Shown: one piece after another, positions 56,200-61,823 of the stretch
How positions within the stretch are numbered: position 1 is the first letter of the stretch
Layout of the letters: each line of letters begins with the position of its first letter
IMG/VR virus record: IMGVR_UViG_3300022928_000025
Location: 1-61,823 of that record
DNA length: 61,823 nt
Strand: one strand, 5' to 3'
Source: a virus
Lineage: Duplodnaviria > Caudoviricetes
Notes under the pieces: model-generated
Database searches by the model: none
Told to the model about the DNA's origin: nothing
What the model saw: only the letters and a program-made list of their open reading frames with translations
Program-made: the position numbers and the translations under genes

Positions 56200-56814
56200 A
56201 TGCAAACCGTACCGAAGCCAATAACGAACGATGTTAAGACTTCAAATCTCAAGAAAGTTTGGAACGAAAAGAAACGAATTCTTGATATCACTCAGCAGAC
56301 AGCTGCTCAACAACTAGGGATTACGCAAGGAGCATTTTCTCAGTATCTCAATGGCCATTGCCCACTTAATGAAAAGGCTACTATGAAAATAGCCAAATTC
56401 TTAGGTGTTCACCCTGAAGTCATTGATCCTAATTTCAGAGATAACGTTAATATTATAAAACGTCATCAATGGAAAGCGGTTGTTTCTCACACGTCATCAG
56501 ACGCTAATAAAGAACTAGGTGAACTGGTAGAAAGTAAGTTTGATGAGCAGCCTTTGTATATAAGAATAGATAAGGTTACGAAGATTTTTGATCCTAACGG
56601 TGAACTTATATCGATCCTACCGAAAGAAGCTTTATTAGCGCTTATAGACATCCGAAATCCGAAGTACCCCGTCAAAAGAAAATGCAAAGATAACATATAT
56701 GCAATTGTGAGTAAGAATAAAAAATCTTACTCTTTTATATGTGATTCAAGGCCACCCGCCTATGGAAACAATACAGTTACTATTTATCAAGTGGTAAATG
56801 TTGTTTATTTGTAA
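56200..56814 (+). CDS. CI/XRE-family HTH transcriptional regulator (putative repressor)
   Basis: 'LK.VW.EKK..L.ITQQ.AA..LGITQGAFSQYLNG..PLN' lambda CI-like N-domain. Confidence 0.85.
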   Translation: MQTVPKPITNDVKTSNLKKVWNEKKRILDITQQTAAQQLGITQGAFSQYLNGHCPLNEKATMKIAKFLGVHPEVIDPNFRDNVNIIKRHQWKAVVSHTSSDANKELGELVESKFDEQPLYIRIDKVTKIFDPNGELISILPKEALLALIDIRNPKYPVKRKCKDNIYAIVSKNKKSYSFICDSRPPAYGNNTVTIYQVVNVVYL

Positions 56815-56855
56815 CACCTTTTGGCTCCTTTTAATTAAACAGTTCAAGTCTACTT

Positions 56856-56889
56856 AATTAGTTGTACTAATAATTTATTTATATATACT
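56856..56889 (+). promoter_or_regulatory. Operator/promoter AATTAG-TTGTA-CTAATA upstream of the excisionase
   Basis: Near-identical to the 38157 site; TTGTAC-16-TATACT. Confidence 0.62.
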
Positions 56890-56926
56890 AATTAAATAGC
56901 TTTTTAGTTATTAAAACAGGAGTTCT

Positions 56927-57154
56927 TTGATGCTTTCTAAACTATTACTTCAGTGTCATGGCCCTTTAATGGACATGGACGACTTAGCAGGCGCGCTTAA
57001 AATAAAACGTGAGTCTCTCTACCAACGAATTTACTACGGGAAACTAGAGATTCCCCACATGAAGAACGGAAAGAAGTATCTATTCAAAACACAGGATGTC
57101 GCTGAATACATACAAAGTGAGTTTGAACGAGCTACTTCTTTAACTACCCATTGA
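56927..57154 (+). CDS. xis: Excisionase-like HTH protein
   Basis: 'LM..DDLA..L.I.RESLYQ.I..G.L..P..K.GKKYLF...DV'; convergent with the integrase. Confidence 0.7.
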   Translation: MMLSKLLLQCHGPLMDMDDLAGALKIKRESLYQRIYYGKLEIPHMKNGKKYLFKTQDVAEYIQSEFERATSLTTH

Positions 57155-58190
57155 GCTTATCTACTAAAGACGACGCATTTAGCTGTGTGTACCGCAGCAG
57201 CTGCTTCCAATCTTTATGTCCTGATATTCTCGCCACCTCTTGGATCTGAAGACCTTTTTCAAAGAACCGAGAGACAGCTTCGTGCCGAAGATCGTGGAAG
57301 TGAAGTTCTGGTAACCCAGCTTCTTCCCGTACCTTCACGAACCTATCACTAATTGATTGAGCTAACTTCACCCCTGGAAAGACAGCGCCTGTCCGTTTAC
57401 TTTCAACCGGCACCCAAGTCTTAAGAACCTCCAACGCCTTATTTGACACTGGTATGATCTGGTTATTACCCATCTTTTCACTTGGGTGCTTCCGGTCTTT
57501 AATAAAAATAGTGCTCTGTTTGAAGTCGACATCCTTCCACTGCAACGCTTGGATCTCTCCTTGCCGCATGCCAGTTTCAACTGCCAGCATAATGATTGGC
57601 CCTATCCATCCCGAGTGGTGCTTTAAGCTGGCCTCCATAAGCTGTTTCAGTTCCTGATCACTTACTCTACGCTCCCTCCTGCGACTACCACCCACCAAAC
57701 CTATCTTTGACAGCGCTGACAGCGCGTCTCTTGCTGGGTTAGATGGCAGGTCTACGCCCCACAAAGTCCTAGCGTGGTCTATGGTCTGGGCGACGTAAGT
57801 AAGCTGCTGGTTAAGAGTAGACCTGCTGATTGGCGCTCGGCCCTTGTACCCTGCCCTTCGCTTCTCGGCATATTTAAATAACATGTCGGGCGTAAGCTGA
57901 ATAACACGCACACCTTTAAAATGCTCGGCTGTCATTTTAATGGTGGTCATCTTGCTACGTGCAAAGGGTCGATGGGGGTGAACTTCGTCGATGTACCGAT
58001 GTAGCAGGTAGTCTAGCGTGTAGCCTTCGACTGCTTTAGATTTAGGCAGTGGTTCAGACTTAAGTTCTGCCTTTTTAAGGACAGCCCAATTCTCTGCAGC
58101 TGCTTTTGTGGGGAAGGTTTTATTATATCGCTTACGGTTATGAGAGATGACGCATAACCAGCTGTTACCCCGTCTTGTAATACTCGCCAT
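57144..58190 (-). CDS. int: Tyrosine integrase
   Basis: Catalytic R (TGMRQGE), K, HDLRH, ISGH, LRY. Confidence 0.93.
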   Translation of the reverse strand: MASITRRGNSWLCVISHNRKRYNKTFPTKAAAENWAVLKKAELKSEPLPKSKAVEGYTLDYLLHRYIDEVHPHRPFARSKMTTIKMTAEHFKGVRVIQLTPDMLFKYAEKRRAGYKGRAPISRSTLNQQLTYVAQTIDHARTLWGVDLPSNPARDALSALSKIGLVGGSRRRERRVSDQELKQLMEASLKHHSGWIGPIIMLAVETGMRQGEIQALQWKDVDFKQSTIFIKDRKHPSEKMGNNQIIPVSNKALEVLKTWVPVESKRTGAVFPGVKLAQSISDRFVKVREEAGLPELHFHDLRHEAVSRFFEKGLQIQEVARISGHKDWKQLLRYTQLNASSLVDKLNG

Positions 58191-58210
58191 ACATGGCTCC
58201 CGAAACTTAA

Positions 58211-58444
58211 TTTCGACAGCTGTCGAAACAATTAATCGTTATAGTTTCGACATTATGGCGTTTCGACAAATTTTCGACAAGGGAAAAATAAATGTATATA
58301 AATCATGGGTTTGAAATTTGGCGGAGAGAGAGGGATTTAACTCTTTAACTTATTGATATATCGAGTTTTACCTCTATATATCTCTATTATTCTTGTGAGA
58401 CTTTTCTATTTAGTACTATTTGCTTTTTCGACAAAGTTGCGACA
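58211..58444. other. attP region: tRNA-Ser 3'-end core, TTTCGACA arm-type repeats, IHF sites
   Basis: Core TGGCGGAGAGAGAGGGATT at 58319-58337 (reverse complement AATCCCTCTCTCTCCGCCA); TTTCGACA at 58211, 58245, 58261, 58272, 58426; IHF consensus at 58346-58358 (-). Confidence 0.8.
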
Positions 58445-58489
58445 CGGAGAGAGCGACTCTCGAATCGTTACCCTCTCCTATTCGCTCCG

Positions 58490-58594
58490 TCACTTGGCCT
58501 TTGACGCGTAACCCTTGGCGGCTTTACCTTTCGGCATTTTGTCTTTTTTGGGTGGCTGATTCAACGTGCATTTTTTACCTTTGTGCATGGTCAT
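58490..58594 (-). CDS. 34-aa Lys-rich peptide (not in ORF track)
   Basis: AAGGAG RBS; MTMHKGKKCTLNQPPKKDKMPKGKAAKGYASKAK; ATGA overlap. Confidence 0.5.
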   Translation of the reverse strand: MTMHKGKKCTLNQPPKKDKMPKGKAAKGYASKAK

Positions 58595-58794
58595 ACTCCT
58601 TTGGGTCTAGAGGTCTTTATCGCTTGCCTAGTGGCAAGCACACTGGTCATTTTGTCGCCGAGAGAAATGCCTTGGCTGGCTAGTTCGGCAAATGCTTCGA
58701 AGATAGCTTCTTGCGCAGCGCCTTCGCTTTCCAGTTTTTCATAAGCGTTCTTACGGGACTCGATCGGGTCTTTCGTTAGGTTTCTATGCGACAT
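58591..58794 (-). CDS. Small tail-assembly-chaperone-like protein
   Basis: 'RKNAY......Q.EAI......IK...PK' pattern; downstream of the fibre. Confidence 0.55.
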   Translation of the reverse strand: MSHRNLTKDPIESRKNAYEKLESEGAAQEAIFEAFAELASQGISLGDKMTSVLATRQAIKTSRPKGV

Positions 58795-59170
58795 TTATAA
58801 TTAGCCTTTTTGAGACATACATAGGATGTCTAAGCTCAAAGAAATAGTCCCCCCCTACATCAGCGCTGAACGAGAGCTCTCCATCATCTTCAGGTGTTAC
58901 TACTGCGTCGGGCCATCTCACCTTTGTTCCAGTGGGAATATTAGTAACACTTATTGTGCTGCCTAACGTGGCAGGAGAAACGTTAAGTTCTGGGAACTCG
59001 GTCTTATCTACTATCGCACCGCCGCTTATGTACTGTGTATCGTAATTTGCGAATACATCAGTGGCCATATACAACTGACCTTGGTCAATGTTCATTTCAA
59101 TTTCTTCTTCTGAACAAGAGATGGCTTTGACAAGAGTACCGTCGGTTTCATAGACAGCATAAATATTCAT
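58784..59170 (-). CDS. Fibre-associated hypothetical protein
   Basis: 128 aa; ATGA-coupled to the tail fibre. Confidence 0.65.
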   Translation of the reverse strand: MNIYAVYETDGTLVKAISCSEEEIEMNIDQGQLYMATDVFANYDTQYISGGAIVDKTEFPELNVSPATLGSTISVTNIPTGTKVRWPDAVVTPEDDGELSFSADVGGDYFFELRHPMYVSKRLIINVA

Positions 59171-61823
59171 CGTTTAACCCCCAACAAAGAAATAAACCAG
59201 TTACCACCAATAGCGCCCGAACCCGTACTGCTGCCGTAAATACGGTAAGTAGTATTCCCAGTAGACGGTGTATGAACAAAGCCCGCACTCATACAGTCAG
59301 AGAAACCTTGAATGCTAGACTGTCCAACTATACCTTCTGCCGAACCTGCAGCTATTCTAAGTCCACGAGTAACTTCGTTAGTACCAGTTGATGTAGCAAT
59401 AATGTTTAGCTGACCAAAAAATTGCACTTGAGATGGTAGGAGTGACGCGGTAGAACCCCAGTTAATTGTGATAGATCCGATTTGGGTCCATCCCGATCCT
59501 ATAGAAACACCGCTTCCAGCTGATATAGCGCGAGGGACAGTGATATTTTCGCCGGCGACATTTAAAGTTTGTATTTGAGCACTGCCAATCTTTGCAGTGG
59601 TTATTTGAGCATCACCAATCTTAGCGCTGGTTATTTGAGCCTCACCAATCTTAGCGGTCGTTATAGTTGCGTTGGCTATCTTGGCCCCCGTCACGGCCAG
59701 GTTATCAATTTTTCCTGTAGTCACAGCTAAGTCGGCAATCTTTGCGACGTCTACTGCTAGATCTCCAATTTTGGCAGTAGTAATAGTACCGTTCTGTATG
59801 AATGCGTCTTTTATATAAACCCCAGTGAGAACAGTTTCTCCGCCAATCGTTGTTGGGCTCGTCCTTATAATAAAAGGAATATCGAAATTTTGAGTCGTAG
59901 AACCGATAGCAAACTCATCGGCTCTTACATAAAACTTAGAAGAAGTGCTGTTATTAACGAGCCCAAACCCCGCAACCATGCCATTTGAATCAATTCTTAC
60001 TGAGTACTCGCCCTCAAGCCCATCTATAGACGTGGAGTTCTGGCTTACTGTAGCCGACAACCCATTCACGTTTGTAGTGACTTGGTTCACTGATGAAGCG
60101 AGCGTGCTTACCTGACCCGTGACTGAGTTGACACTCGACTCGACAGTGTTTATCTGTTGAACGAGCCCTGAAGTACTGCTGCCGATAGTAATCTCGATAG
60201 CATTTATATCTTGGGCATTGGCAGATATTGTGCCCGCTTGCGAAGTCACAGTCGTTGTCAGGTTAGATAAACCAGTCGCCGTAGCAGTCAATCCTGTAGC
60301 CGGATCGTTAACACTAGACTCGAGGGTGTTAAGCCGAGAACCGTGGGAAGTAATTACCCCGTTTTGTGTTGACACAGTAGTGCTGAGGCTCGATAACCCT
60401 CCAGCTGTCGCATTCACACCGGTAGTTGGATCATTGACCGTTGTCTCAAGGCTGGTGATATCTAAGGCGTTGGTAGAGATATTGTCGCCTTGTTGAGTAA
60501 CCGTATTTGACAACGTAGAAAGAGCGCCAGCCGTAGCAGACAAACCGGTTGTCGGATGGTTAACAGTTGTCTCGAGGCTGGTGATATCGGTAGCATTGGT
60601 AGAGATGTTGTCACCCTGCTGAGTAACGGTCGTAGACAAGTTTGACAGCGCGCTAGCTGTCGCATCAACTCCGGTTGTCGGGTGGTTTACAGTTGTTTCA
60701 AGATTCGTAATGTCAGAAGCGTTAGTTGTAATACTATTGCCCTGCTGCGTCACTGTTGTTTGCAGACCAGACAAAGCACTAGCTGTCGCATCAACTCCGG
60801 TTGTCGGGTTGTTAACAGTTGTCTCAAGAGCAGTAATGTCAGAGGCATTAGTTGTAATACTATTGCCCTGCTGCGTCACTGTTGTTTCTAGACCAGACAA
60901 AGCGGTGGCTGTCGCATCAACTCCGGTTGTCGGATGATTGACCGTTGTTTCGAGAGCAGTAATATCAGAAGCGTTTGTGGCGGTAGTTTGTTGTAGAGTG
61001 GTTATATTTGAACTGTTCGAACCCACAGTCGTATTCAGATTAGTTATTAGTGAAGTTTGCGTCGCAGTCACTGTCTCTAACGACGCAATATCATTTTCGT
61101 TTGCCGCAATGCTCAACTGAGCTGCCGTTATAGCTCCCTGTGCAGTAGCTAAATTGGACTGAGTTATAGCTAAATTTGATTCAGCCGTAGCTAAATTGGT
61201 TTCAACCGTAGATACAGCAAGCTCAATATCAGCAATGCTAAGCTCCTGCGCATCTATTAGATCTATTTTGTCAATCAAACCCTGATAAAACGCATCCTCA
61301 GTTATCGAACCCGTAAGCAACTCAAGAATAAATTCGACATCGATAGCCGTTTCAGCAAACGTGCCAGCATTTGAGTTCCAAGGCCCCTTCTGGTTACGAG
61401 TATTTACATGCCGCGCCCAATAGTAGTTCGCTTGCCCACCGCCAACTTGGTCGGTAAACATCATGCCGTGCGAAACACCTACTAAGACTGCATCCGCCAG
61501 CTGGTCAACAGTATGCCGCCAAACTTCTGTGTAAGCATGGGGAAAATAAGTAGGTTGGTCCCACTCCAAAATAACAACACTGTAAGCGCCGGTCGCTTCA
61601 AACCCCGTAGGCGCCGGTGGCAAACTTGTCTCGTTAACGTCTGTACCAATTGGCAGCAGACTAGACTGAGACTGCCCAAGAATGAACGGTTTGCCCTCGA
61701 CAGCTAACCCGCTGTCAATTAACTCACGCGCAGTGATTGCTCTGTCCCTTGAGTCGCCTCGGCGCCCCAAACGAATTTCGAGAGCCTCTGCGACAGACTC
61801 TAAGTACCGCCTCATCGCGGGCG
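59167..61823 (-). CDS. Tail fibre / host-specificity protein, allele B (5' truncated)
   Basis: N- and C-termini nearly identical to 98..2899; different shaft repeats. Confidence 0.8.
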   Translation of the reverse strand, partial: PAMRRYLESVAEALEIRLGRRGDSRDRAITARELIDSGLAVEGKPFILGQSQSSLLPIGTDVNETSLPPAPTGFEATGAYSVVILEWDQPTYFPHAYTEVWRHTVDQLADAVLVGVSHGMMFTDQVGGGQANYYWARHVNTRNQKGPWNSNAGTFAETAIDVEFILELLTGSITEDAFYQGLIDKIDLIDAQELSIADIELAVSTVETNLATAESNLAITQSNLATAQGAITAAQLSIAANENDIASLETVTATQTSLITNLNTTVGSNSSNITTLQQTTATNASDITALETTVNHPTTGVDATATALSGLETTVTQQGNSITTNASDITALETTVNNPTTGVDATASALSGLQTTVTQQGNSITTNASDITNLETTVNHPTTGVDATASALSNLSTTVTQQGDNISTNATDITSLETTVNHPTTGLSATAGALSTLSNTVTQQGDNISTNALDITSLETTVNDPTTGVNATAGGLSSLSTTVSTQNGVITSHGSRLNTLESSVNDPATGLTATATGLSNLTTTVTSQAGTISANAQDINAIEITIGSSTSGLVQQINTVESSVNSVTGQVSTLASSVNQVTTNVNGLSATVSQNSTSIDGLEGEYSVRIDSNGMVAGFGLVNNSTSSKFYVRADEFAIGSTTQNFDIPFIIRTSPTTIGGETVLTGVYIKDAFIQNGTITTAKIGDLAVDVAKIADLAVTTGKIDNLAVTGAKIANATITTAKIGEAQITSAKIGDAQITTAKIGSAQIQTLNVAGENITVPRAISAGSGVSIGSGWTQIGSITINWGSTASLLPSQVQFFGQLNIIATSTGTNEVTRGLRIAAGSAEGIVGQSSIQGFSDCMSAGFVHTPSTGNTTYRIYGSSTGSGAIGGNWFISLLGVKR
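60290..60975. repeat. 126-bp (42-aa) tandem repeats in the fibre B shaft
   Basis: gtcgcatcaactccggttgtcgg at 60659, 60785 and 60911. Confidence 0.9.

Noticed and set aside
35936-57856. Oriented KOPS (GGGNAGGG) skew serving the FtsK-gamma-like domain
   Set aside because: Only four sites were noticed by eye (35936 -, 36935 +, 38063 -, 57849 -); too few to claim a bias without a count.
58319-58338. Complete tRNA gene
   Set aside because: Only the 3' ~19 nt are present with no cloverleaf; interpreted as the att core.

Overview
The window is essentially the complete genome of a temperate, podovirus-like dsDNA phage, probably marine and probably infecting a gammaproteobacterium. The unit length is about 59 kb. 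Positions 1-2841 and 59070-61823 are two alternative versions of the same tail-fibre locus, so the contig appears to go once round a circular genome and through both arms of a variant. The minus strand (1-35.8 kb) carries the virion and lysis genes: terminase, P22-like portal, scaffold, N4-gp56-like capsid, adaptors, ejection proteins, holin and lysozyme, fibres and nozzle. A heme oxygenase plus PcyX-type bilin reductase cassette sits among them. The plus strand (36-57 kb) carries many small early genes, a C5 DNA methyltransferase, SutA-like and CsrA-like regulators, PolA, a primase/SF3 helicase, nucleases, an SNF2 helicase, a CI-like HTH regulator and an excisionase. A tyrosine integrase and an attP matching a tRNA-Ser 3' end follow. 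Four observations stand out. (1) Two identical GGA-loop hairpins plus an ACGGA ribosome-binding site lie directly upstream of the CI-like gene, in a phage that encodes its own CsrA; this is a candidate post-transcriptional lysis/lysogeny switch. (2) A 17-bp palindrome, TATTAG-N5-CTAATA, overlaps sigma70-like promoters at eight sites across the genome. (3) An FtsK gamma-like DNA-binding domain is embedded in the 2022-aa ejection protein. (4) A convergent iteron array is a candidate origin. All family assignments were made by eye from motifs; no database search was run.
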